Virus record (IMG/VR): IMGVR_UViG_3300050505_000145 | Span: 1 to 53,265 of that record | Length of the DNA: 53,265 nt | Reading direction: 5' to 3' (one strand) | Source of the DNA: a virus | Taxonomy: Duplodnaviria; Caudoviricetes | Shown here: positions 1 through 7,277 of the stretch, piece after piece | How positions within the stretch are numbered: the stretch's first letter is position 1 | Layout: every line of letters begins with the position of its first letter | Notes under the pieces: model-generated | What the model was told of the DNA's origin: nothing | What the model saw: the letters and a program-made list of their open reading frames with translations, nothing else | Database searches by the model: none | Made by a program: the position numbers and the translations under genes

Positions 1-314
1 AACATCGCCTTCTCTTCGGCGCGATGCTGTTGCTCCTGCCACGCATCCTCGAGTTGGCAGTGAATCGACTTGGCGATCTCACCGTCGAATTCGAACTTCT
101 TGCTCGGACCGGTCGACGTAACCTCGGCGCGATAGACTCCCTGGAATTCCGTGATCGTCAGGAAGTTCTCCTTGTCGACAGGACCATCCGGCGTTCCGGA
201 CGTCCCGAAGATCTTCCACTCGACGACGACAGTGGGATCCGCACCTTTCGTTGTCCACTCACGACGAGAGACCACGTCAGCGCGATACGGTCCGATCTTG
301 TTGGTAGCAGTCAT
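1..314 (-). CDS. hypothetical protein, 3'-truncated by the window edge (MTATNKIGPYRADVVSRREW...)
   Basis: Not in ORF track; ATG at 314 preceded by GGGAGG-TTAGAAG; frame open to position 1 by manual translation. Confidence 0.8.
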   Translation of the reverse strand, partial: MTATNKIGPYRADVVSRREWTTKGADPTVVVEWKIFGTSGTPDGPVDKENFLTITEFQGVYRAEVTSTGPSKKFEFDGEIAKSIHCQLEDAWQEQQHRAEEKAM

Positions 315-315
315 C

Positions 316-376
316 TTCTAACCTCCCGACGCCCATCACTGGGCGTTTCGGCCTTCCGGCCTCGTCAGGGAAGGAA
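316..376 (-). ncRNA. type I hammerhead ribozyme HHR1; predicted cleavage after GUC between 328 and 327
   Basis: Minus strand: UUCCUUCC CUGACGA GGCC-GGAA-GGCC GAA ACGCCCA-GUGA-UGGGCGU C / GGGAGGUUAGAA; full CUGANGA/GAAA/UH core and three pairable stems. Confidence 0.93.
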
Positions 377-452
377 TCAACCACACGATCCGTCGTTCCA
401 CATATTGGTGGAAATACGGATCTCCGATGGGAAAGAACAGTGATTTGAACAT
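336..452 (-). CDS. possible 38-aa ORF (MFKSLFFPIGDPYFHQYVERRIVWLIPSLTRPEGRNAQ) reading into HHR1
   Basis: ATG overlaps upstream stop (TAATG); stop lies in the HHR1 stem III loop; could instead be a non-coding hairpin. Confidence 0.3.
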   Translation of the reverse strand: MFKSLFFPIGDPYFHQYVERRIVWLIPSLTRPEGRNAQ

Positions 453-697
453 TACACCGTCTCCTCGGTTACCGACGCATGGAACGCATACAGATCAATC
501 GTGATCTGCAGCTGATTCTCCGACTTCGGATCCATCTGCACGAACTGCTTCTGATCCGCGACCAGCTTGTCGCGATAGGCTTTCGCCTCTTCGAGTGACT
601 GGAAGACCTCGAAGGAATCCTGAACAGGTTCCCGCAGGTCGAGCCACTTGAATGTCAGAACCCATAGCGATCCAGGTTTCCGATTGGTAGCACTCAT
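452..697 (-). CDS. hypothetical protein (81 aa)
   Basis: ATG preceded by GGGAGG SD that belongs to HHR2. Confidence 0.85.
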   Translation of the reverse strand: MSATNRKPGSLWVLTFKWLDLREPVQDSFEVFQSLEEAKAYRDKLVADQKQFVQMDPKSENQLQITIDLYAFHASVTEETV

Positions 698-698
698 C

Positions 699-760
699 TT
701 CTAACCTCCCGACCGCGCTCGTCGCGCGGTTTCGCCATTCCTGGCTCATCAGGAGAGGAA
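699..760 (-). ncRNA. type I hammerhead ribozyme HHR2; predicted cleavage between 711 and 710
   Basis: Minus strand: UUCCUCUC CUGAUGA GCCA-GGAA-UGGC GAA ACCGCGC-GACGA-GCGCGGU C / GGGAGGUUAGAA. Confidence 0.95.
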
Positions 761-952
761 CTACGCTGCTTGCTTGAACACCTGCGCGACCGTCGCCATG
801 ACGGTCGTCAGATGCCAGCAGTGACGGTAGAACCGCCATCCGCTGCACGTGCAATAGATGACGCCGTCCTTGCCGAGTCGAACCTCGTGCATCTTGTTCG
901 AGGACTTCGACGCGAACGTCGCCAACACAGTCTTGGTAGCCTTCTTCAACAT
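761..952 (-). CDS. stand-alone SWIM zinc-finger protein
   Basis: CTCSGWRFYRHCWH = CxC-xn-CxH; SD from HHR3. Confidence 0.85.
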   Translation of the reverse strand: MLKKATKTVLATFASKSSNKMHEVRLGKDGVIYCTCSGWRFYRHCWHLTTVMATVAQVFKQAA

Positions 953-953
953 T

Positions 954-1020
954 TTCTGACCTCCCGACGCGGAGTAGACAACTCCGCGTTTCGTCCTTCT
1001 GGACTCCTCAGGAGAGGAAC
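954..1020 (-). ncRNA. type I hammerhead ribozyme HHR3; predicted cleavage between 966 and 965
   Basis: Minus strand: UUCCUCUC CUGAGGA GUCC-AGAA-GGAC GAA ACGCGGAGU-UGUCU-ACUCCGCGU C / GGGAGGUCAGAA. Confidence 0.95.
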
Positions 1021-1464
1021 TTACTTCCGGCGCTTGGGACCGTTCTTCACAGTCACCTCGGTCGGCTGCTCGGCGGGAACGACCTCACCGACGCCTTCCT
1101 TCGGATCGATCACGAAGCCGTCCTTGTCGACGACGTCGCCCTCGACCACGCGCTCCTGGCTCTTGACGGGCTCAGGAGCCGCCGGAGCCTGCGGAACGGA
1201 CGTGAACGAGACGCGACGCGTCCCGCCCTCGTTCGCCTCGCGCGGAACCCAGCCATTGTCCAGGGACTCCTGGACGCGAGCCTTGAACCGCGCCTCCGCC
1301 GCCTCGGCGTTGTCGAAGTTCTCCTGGCAACCGGTGAGCGCCTTCATCCCGGGATTCTTGATGGAGACGCCGACGTTGAAGCCGGTCTTGCCCTCGTGAG
1401 CGTAGACCTTGAGCTTCGAACCGGCCGAACGGAACTTCGCTTCGCGCATGAACTTGGTAGCCAT
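1021..1464 (-). CDS. hypothetical protein, possibly WGR-like domain plus low-complexity tail
   Basis: AAAGGGAG SD; C/G-ending codon bias; FDNAEAAEARF...LDNGW resembles the WGR C-terminal helix (weak). Confidence 0.8.
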   Translation of the reverse strand: MATKFMREAKFRSAGSKLKVYAHEGKTGFNVGVSIKNPGMKALTGCQENFDNAEAAEARFKARVQESLDNGWVPREANEGGTRRVSFTSVPQAPAAPEPVKSQERVVEGDVVDKDGFVIDPKEGVGEVVPAEQPTEVTVKNGPKRRK

Positions 1465-1469
1465 TGTGA

Positions 1470-1895
1470 CACTCCCTTTCGACAGAGGTCGGAATTGACC
1501 TCTGACGCTCCTGGGCTTGTGGAGCCAGGACGCGCTTTACCGACGCTCACACATTGCGAGCGTCGCCACTCAGCTTGGGAGATTGCTACCGCAGCTAGCT
1601 GAACCGACTCGGGGACTCGAGGTCATCGCCATTCCTGGTTACTCAGAAATTTCACCAGGACTTTGGAGGCACTGGCCCATAGGGCGCTGGCTTTCTTCTC
1701 CGGCTTTCCTGCGGATTTCGCAGGCTCGTCCTACCGCGCTTACGTTCAGCGGTCGCCGCTTATTTGGCTCTTGGATTCGGGACAGCCCCGACCCACCAGG
1801 GAGCGCTTAGGTTTTCAGAGAGCCGAGGATTGGCCGCGAGGGCCGCTTACCAATCCCCTTGGGCTAGTCGCCCGCAGGCCCGAACCGAACTTACA
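1470..1895 (-). ncRNA. long structured 5' leader / candidate novel ncRNA
   Basis: No convincing ORF; dense hairpins (CAGAGGUC/GACCUCUG, CGACGCUCGC/GUGAGCGUCG, UCCUGGU/ACCAGGA, CCUGCG/CGCAGG, GGCUCU/AGAGCC) between a promoter and the first SD. Confidence 0.65.
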
Positions 1896-1900
1896 CCACT

Positions 1901-1928
1901 ATCATACCCTACCTGCTGCGAAAGTAAA
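1901..1928 (-). promoter_or_regulatory. sigma70-like promoter of the ribozyme operon
   Basis: TTTACT-N16-TATGAT immediately upstream of the structured leader. Confidence 0.6.
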
Positions 1929-2507
1929 GCTGCTTTATTCAACAAAGTGACTGATTCCTTAGGGATTTGCCAGGCTTTTTGAAGAATGTGGAGTTTTGCT
2001 AAGGAAAATCATCGATGTTTACGAATGTTTACACAATGACTCGGTTTCTAGGCTCCTACCCGTAAGATAGACTGCTGCCTATACTTACGATTTTGAGGGC
2101 TCCCAGCCGACCCCAGCACATCTCCAAACCGCCAACGGCCCTATACCCTTTGGGGTCTCCGTTTGCCTCGCCACGGGCTCCCAATACGGCCTCGGGTTGC
2201 GGAGAGCAGGCCGACGGTTTTCGTGAAAGCCAAACTTATGGGCTATTCGGCAACAAGGAGAGCAGGTCAAGAGTTTTCGTCGACCTACAGAACCGTCGGT
2301 TTGTAAAGCCCAAACGACCGAAAGTTTACACAATCGCTCACTTTCGCATTCGGGCCAGCAGCTCTCCAGAACGGCAATAGCCTACCGTATCATCTAGCTC
2401 GAATTGAGAGGACCTTGGGTCGGTGCAGAGGTCTATCCAAATCTCCTGTGTTTGCTGTCCGAACTATCCGAAAGTCCTGCGTATCTGAAAGAAACAGCAA
2501 ACTTCTC

Positions 2508-2548
2508 GAACGAATCTGATTTATTTCTACAACAAGTCGTAGTATACT
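2508..2548 (+). promoter_or_regulatory. phage promoter motif (GAACGAATC...TCGTAGTATACT)
   Basis: TCGTAGTATACT recurs at 4222 and 51771; ATG lies 7 nt after the -10, suggesting a leaderless mRNA. Confidence 0.65.
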
Positions 2549-2555
2549 AGGTGTA

Positions 2556-2756
2556 ATGAACTTTCAGTTACAAAGTGATCTGACGCGAGCTATCCTGCGA
2601 CGAATCCGCGCCGAACAGGAGAAGACCGAACTGGAAGGCAACTGCTCGAACTGTGAAGTGAAACTCACATCGACGGACATTGCCGTTGGTGAATGCACGT
2701 CGTGTGGTGAACCAATCACATCATTCGATTTCGCGGTGGTTAATGAGCGTCGCTGA
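2556..2756 (+). CDS. small zinc-ribbon protein
   Basis: CSNC...CTSC pair; follows promoter motif. Confidence 0.7.
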   Translation: MNFQLQSDLTRAILRRIRAEQEKTELEGNCSNCEVKLTSTDIAVGECTSCGEPITSFDFAVVNERR

Positions 2757-3654
2757 AGAATCTCTCGAGAAACTCTTCGAAGCAATGGACTTCCTGCGGA
2801 AGGAACAGCGTCAGCCAAAAGTTCTGCTCAATCTTCGTCTAGAAGAACGATTGCAGTGGACCACCGACATCGTTTCACTCGAACGTGCGGATCCGTTCTA
2901 CTGGAACTCGCGAACAGTCAATCTGGTCAACTCCACACTCGACAGCTTCCAGCTCGAGGAAATAGATTGCTCTCGCCACGTTCTGTCGTGTGACGTCGCA
3001 TGGCATTGGTTCGCTGAGAATCCTCCGTTCGAGATCGAGGAAATCTCAAAGACTCGGATGATTCCTGTGCGTGCGATCACGTGGTATTGGTTCGGTCGTT
3101 TCGGCCAACCATATCTTGGCGCGACCGCGTGGGGTCAGTCCGCAGTCTACGATTCGACCGGACTGTTCACCGGACCAGTCCATCCAATCCTCTGGACGTG
3201 CGTCAATGCTGGTGACAAGCTGAGTCAGCGGATCAAGGACGGCGAGCTTCACTTCGTCGGATATACCGACGAGCGAACCGAACTTGAATCACGACTTCTA
3301 ATGAAGTGGGTCGTCGCTTCGTCAACGTTCTTGCGCCAGGAAATCCTTCCGGTCGAGAAGACTGAAGTTTCTCGTCACGCTCGGAAACGGATTGAGAAGC
3401 GTGGTCACAAGACGCGAACGATTCAAGTCGTTCAGTTGCGCAAGACTCATTCGGAACGGACGGAGCCAGATGAAAACCGTGAAGTCTGTCATCGATATCA
3501 AGACTATCGCGGATGGGTTCGCGGTCACGTCCGGAAGCAATGGTATGCGACGCTCGGTGAGCACCTTCCTGTGTTCATCTCGCCTTTCCTCAAAGGTCCT
3601 GAAGGAAAGCCGATCCGACCACGGACCACGCCAATCTTCTCGGTGACGAAATGA
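2743..3654 (+). CDS. conserved phage hypothetical protein
   Basis: Start revised to ATG 2743; C-terminal WVRGHVRKQWY...ISPFLKGP motif common in phage proteins. Confidence 0.8.
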   Translation: MSVAEESLEKLFEAMDFLRKEQRQPKVLLNLRLEERLQWTTDIVSLERADPFYWNSRTVNLVNSTLDSFQLEEIDCSRHVLSCDVAWHWFAENPPFEIEEISKTRMIPVRAITWYWFGRFGQPYLGATAWGQSAVYDSTGLFTGPVHPILWTCVNAGDKLSQRIKDGELHFVGYTDERTELESRLLMKWVVASSTFLRQEILPVEKTEVSRHARKRIEKRGHKTRTIQVVQLRKTHSERTEPDENREVCHRYQDYRGWVRGHVRKQWYATLGEHLPVFISPFLKGPEGKPIRPRTTPIFSVTK

Positions 3655-3842
3655 CCACTCTCAGTCCGTATCTGGAGAGTCGCGTGAAGCGACTGAAGCA
3701 ACTCGCTAATCTGGTGCGCGAGGACGAAATTGGTAATCTCGCGATAGAGGAATTGGATGGATTGGCCGAGTTCCTGGACGAAACGGCGAGAGAGATCGAA
3801 TCACTCGACGCGAAAATTCAGCATCTGCAGGATGAGAAATGA
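3651..3842 (+). CDS. hypothetical coiled-coil protein
   Basis: ATGA-type overlaps with neighbours. Confidence 0.7.
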   Translation: MTTLSPYLESRVKRLKQLANLVREDEIGNLAIEELDGLAEFLDETAREIESLDAKIQHLQDEK

Positions 3843-4177
3843 GTGATGACTCTCCAGTCTGGCATACGCATGTCAAGGTGGTTGACATCCGCTACACAAA
3901 GAAAGATGGTTGGTTTGCCTTGTTCGAGGAGCCAGACGGCACCACAACATGGATGAACCAACCGGTGAAGCCAACAATTGGCGACGAGCAAATCCTCTAC
4001 ATGATCAAAGCGGATTCGGAGGAAAGTCGTCAGATGACTGCGTTGGCCAAACGAGGTGCGTCTCAGGAAGAAGCAGAACAATTTCTGAAGGACGTGTTGG
4101 AGCGCTATGGTGCAGTGTGTCACCATACATGGGACGAAGCACGAGCACTCATCCACAACACGAAACGACCGCATTGA
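3839..4177 (+). CDS. hypothetical protein
   Basis: ATGA overlap with the upstream gene; ends before the next promoter. Confidence 0.7.
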   Translation: MSDDSPVWHTHVKVVDIRYTKKDGWFALFEEPDGTTTWMNQPVKPTIGDEQILYMIKADSEESRQMTALAKRGASQEEAEQFLKDVLERYGAVCHHTWDEARALIHNTKRPH

Positions 4178-4192
4178 TCGTGAAGGAAATCT

Positions 4193-4234
4193 GAACGAAT
4201 CCTGAACCGCGTCCGAGGATTTCGTAGTATACTT
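4193..4234 (+). promoter_or_regulatory. phage promoter motif copy
   Basis: GAACGAATC at the same spacing to TATACT as at 2508; 17-mer GATTTCGTAGTATACTT identical to 51767-51783. Confidence 0.65.
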
Positions 4235-4250
4235 GTAGGCGTATCGGTTC

Positions 4251-4673
4251 ATGACTATCGCGTTCACCGGAACAAGACGTGGGATGACTCCTGCGCAATA
4301 CGAGAGGGTCGGATTCGTCTTCCGACATCTGGCTGCGTCAGAGCTGTCCCATGGTGGTTGTGTCGGAGCGGATCGCGAAGCGCACCAGATTGGTGGTGCA
4401 ATGCGGATCCGAGTCTTTCCGTCCAACGACGAGCAACGCCACTGGGCGCTGCTCGAAGCACGACCAACACCAATCTCAATCGAACATGTGCAAGATCCAC
4501 TGCGAAGAAACAAGATTATGGTGGATCGGAACGATGTTCTCGTTGCAGCACCAGCCAAGATGGGCGAATTGCTTCGGTCTGGGACCTGGATGACCATCCG
4601 ATATGCTCGCAAGATGAAGCGTCCGGTCTACATCTGCTGGCCGGACGGAACTGTCACCGAGGAGAAACGATGA
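4251..4673 (+). CDS. SLOG (DprA/YpsA-like) nucleotide-binding protein
   Basis: IAFTGTR, HGGCVGAD, RRNKIMVD, SGTWMTIRYA motifs. Confidence 0.75.
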   Translation: MTIAFTGTRRGMTPAQYERVGFVFRHLAASELSHGGCVGADREAHQIGGAMRIRVFPSNDEQRHWALLEARPTPISIEHVQDPLRRNKIMVDRNDVLVAAPAKMGELLRSGTWMTIRYARKMKRPVYICWPDGTVTEEKR

Positions 4674-5689
4674 AGTTCTTCTCGTTCCCGTCTAGCTCGA
4701 ATCCGAAGCTCACGCATCAGGTCTCGGTCTATCCTGATGGGAAGATCACCTGCACGTGCATGGGATTCAAGACTCCGACGAAATGCTGGCATGTCAAGCA
4801 GATCGCCGAGAAGGAAGGTCTCACCGTCGTCATTGGTGGTGAACTCATCCGTCCCACTGCTCCAGTCGAGCAACCTCAGAGTCTGTTCGAGTCGTTGGCA
4901 ATCCCCATCAAGCCGATGCTTGCATCTGGGATGAAAGACGATGAGGAGCTGAGCGACTTCGATCCCGACAAGTATGTTGGCGAGATCAAATACGATGGTC
5001 AGCGGATGATCATCCAGCGTGATGACGAAATCACAGCGTGGAGTCGCGCTGGCAACATCCGTCGTTTGTCGTCAAAGATCATCAAAGCTATCGAGGAAAT
5101 GCCATATGGGATCTACGATAGTGAGTTGATGATTCCTGGTGGCGTGAGCACGGATGTCGTCCGTCTGGATCTGCTAGAGAAATCGGAGCTCGTTCTGTTC
5201 GACATCATGCGAGTAGCTGGTCATTCCTGCACCAGCGAACCGCTTCGCGAGCGACGCAAACTCCTCGAAGCTGCAGTCGTCAACATTCCGAAGAAGAGTC
5301 CGGTCACGATCTCCGAGCAGTTCCGTCCGTCAGAGCAAGAACTCAAGAAGATCTGGGATGCTGGTGGTGAGGGAGCTGTCCTGAAGAAGTGGATGTCACA
5401 ATATCAGGATGGATATCGTTCGAAGGACTGGGTCAAGGTCGTCCAGGAATTTGCTGGTGAAGCAGTCATCACCGAGTTTAAGGAAGGACGTCTCGGTCCT
5501 CATTCCATCATCGTCGCCGTCGACAAGGATGGCGTCCAAGTGCGGATGAAGACGCTCAACGATGCGTGGCGAGTGGACTTCGCACTGAATGCTGCGAAGT
5601 ATATCGGACGAACGATTCGGTTCAAGTATCGGGAGAAGACTCGGGACAAGAAGAAATATCGCCATCCGATGGCTGATCATATCCTCTAA
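4670..5689 (+). CDS. ATP-dependent DNA ligase with N-terminal SWIM zinc finger
   Basis: Start revised to ATG 4670 (GAGGAG SD); motif I EIKYDGQR, YDSEL, LFDIM, EGAVLK, RSKDWVK; N-terminal CTC...CWH. Confidence 0.88.
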   Translation: MKFFSFPSSSNPKLTHQVSVYPDGKITCTCMGFKTPTKCWHVKQIAEKEGLTVVIGGELIRPTAPVEQPQSLFESLAIPIKPMLASGMKDDEELSDFDPDKYVGEIKYDGQRMIIQRDDEITAWSRAGNIRRLSSKIIKAIEEMPYGIYDSELMIPGGVSTDVVRLDLLEKSELVLFDIMRVAGHSCTSEPLRERRKLLEAAVVNIPKKSPVTISEQFRPSEQELKKIWDAGGEGAVLKKWMSQYQDGYRSKDWVKVVQEFAGEAVITEFKEGRLGPHSIIVAVDKDGVQVRMKTLNDAWRVDFALNAAKYIGRTIRFKYREKTRDKKKYRHPMADHIL

Positions 5690-6030
5690 CGTTCGGATTC
5701 ATATCGCCATCGTTCGAGTCGTTGGATTCTCTGTCGCAACTCACGATCGCGATTCAGTTGCCACAATTCGACCTGGGATTGCTGACGATTCTTGGTGTCT
5801 GGTGGCGCATACAGAGTCCGATAGATCTGGTCAAGTTCCTCTCGAAGTGCGTTATCTTTGATCTCCCTCGTCTTGATCTCTTGCTGTAATTCAATCGTCA
5901 GAAGTCTTGTACGAAAATCAAGACGATAGAGAATTCGTGCTGCCAGAATAACGAGAGCCAACATCATTCCAGCCATGAAGATTTCGATTGACCAGAGCAT
6001 GATGCGACGAACGACTATCGGTCGAAGCAT
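5686..6030 (-). CDS. membrane-anchored coiled-coil protein (spanin/holin-like candidate)
   Basis: Start revised to 6030 (GAGGAG SD); N-terminal TM then coiled coil; last gene of the late region. Confidence 0.6.
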   Translation of the reverse strand: MLRPIVVRRIMLWSIEIFMAGMMLALVILAARILYRLDFRTRLLTIELQQEIKTREIKDNALREELDQIYRTLYAPPDTKNRQQSQVELWQLNRDRELRQRIQRLERWRYESER

Positions 6031-6329
6031 CGTTGTCTCTCCTCTTGACTCTTCGCGACATTCGAACAAATTCGTTGCAGAAGACGGAATGTTGCTTCAG
6101 ACTGCGTTACTTCTGATTGATACAACAATTGATTCTTCTCGGAAGCAATCCGCAGTGCTGTTAGTTCGGCTTGAATGGCTGGGAGTGTTTGAGCACCAAT
6201 GTAGATCAGATATGAGAGCAGAGTTCCAGGAATCCCAACAATGGCGACCACTCGAGCCCACATGGGAAGACTCGAGAAGATCCCATTCTCTTCACGCGAA
6301 CGACGTTCCGGTCCTTCATATTTCGGCAT
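6015..6329 (-). CDS. single-TM membrane protein (holin-like candidate)
   Basis: MPKYEGPERRS start, TM segment WARVVAIVGIPGTLLSYLIYIG, coiled coil. Confidence 0.6.
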   Translation of the reverse strand: MPKYEGPERRSREENGIFSSLPMWARVVAIVGIPGTLLSYLIYIGAQTLPAIQAELTALRIASEKNQLLYQSEVTQSEATFRLLQRICSNVAKSQEERQRCFDR

Positions 6330-6334
6330 AAAGC

Positions 6335-6363
6335 GGGACCGGCCACGGATGAGAGCCGGTCCC
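6335..6363 (-). terminator. GC-rich hairpin (terminator or processing stem)
   Basis: GGGACCGGC/GCCGGTCCC 9-bp stem, followed by GCTTT on the minus strand. Confidence 0.45.
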
Positions 6364-6407
6364 ATGTCCAAGAAGGTATCTTTGACTACTTCATCTGGAT
6401 CACCTCC

Positions 6408-7256
6408 TCACTCAATCTTCTTCGAACTGACTCCGTTGACAGCATCGACCACCTGCTCCAGATTCAGATGGCCGACGTCGCTCGTCGACTTCTTTCGCCA
6501 CGAATCAATGGAATCGATCACGAGATGCGCTTCGTCGCAGTAAGCACCCATCGCATCCCAAGTCACGAGTCGATTCGGCAATCCCCAGGTGTCGTCGACG
6601 TAGACTCCTTCCTCGGAGTATCCGTTGGCCCACATCGAGTGGCCACCCCACGACCCAGCCATCCACTGACCTGTGAACTGCTTGTCGGGAGGAACATCCC
6701 AGTGCGCCGGCGGATCAACACCCTGCCAGGCGGCTGGCAGATTGAGACAGATCGCGATTCCCTTCGCTTCGGCGAGAGCAAGTGCTGCCTTCATCTGATC
6801 ATGATTCTGCGCGTCGATACGCAGATATGCGTCAATGGTGTAGGGATGTCCCTGATCGTCACGGATGGTGGTGTCTTCCTTCCGCCACTGGTCAAGAGCA
6901 TCCTCTTCGTATGCGCCCTGGTCACCACCACCGTAGAGGCGATTCTCCATGTCCTCGTAGACACGAATGACTTCCTCGTCAGTGATGTTGATGAGTTTAT
7001 GCTGCTCGAGCTCCTCCATCCGAAGAATGGCCATTGCCTGCTTGGCTCGAGTGCAGTCTCCCAACTGGGTGTTCCCGAACGATCGTGGCGGAAGAGCAGG
7101 TTTCTTCTGCCAGTAGATGCAATGCTTCGGGATCTTGATGAACTGGAAGAAGTCGCTGAACTGGAGTGCCTTCCGAGACACTTTCGCCGGCATGCGTCCG
7201 AGTCGTCGTTCCGGAACTACGATCTTCTCGTTGGTGTGTTGCTGTTCATTCGCCAT
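6408..7256 (-). CDS. papain-like (C1-type) cysteine peptidase
   Basis: Start revised to 7256 (GGAGGG SD); GNTQLGDCT (Cys), GGHSM (His), DTWG motifs. Confidence 0.7.
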   Translation of the reverse strand: MANEQQHTNEKIVVPERRLGRMPAKVSRKALQFSDFFQFIKIPKHCIYWQKKPALPPRSFGNTQLGDCTRAKQAMAILRMEELEQHKLINITDEEVIRVYEDMENRLYGGGDQGAYEEDALDQWRKEDTTIRDDQGHPYTIDAYLRIDAQNHDQMKAALALAEAKGIAICLNLPAAWQGVDPPAHWDVPPDKQFTGQWMAGSWGGHSMWANGYSEEGVYVDDTWGLPNRLVTWDAMGAYCDEAHLVIDSIDSWRKKSTSDVGHLNLEQVVDAVNGVSSKKIE

Positions 7257-7277
7257 TAATCCCTCCGTTAGGAATAT

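Noticed and set aside
316-1020. Repeated ctaacctcccgac...tttcg...cagg elements as a CRISPR array, attC sites or plain terminators
   Set aside because: Spacers are whole genes, no cas or integrase gene is present, there is no U-tract, and the conserved bases are exactly the hammerhead core
24-1399. Plus-strand ORFs 24-443 and 770-1399
   Set aside because: Antisense shadows of SD-supported minus-strand genes
1344-2380. Short ORFs across the leader and divergence region
   Set aside because: No SD, mostly alternative starts, no recognisable motifs; better explained as non-coding
4358-4669. N-terminal extension of the 443-aa ligase ORF
   Set aside because: Overlaps the SLOG gene; the SD-supported ATG is at 4670
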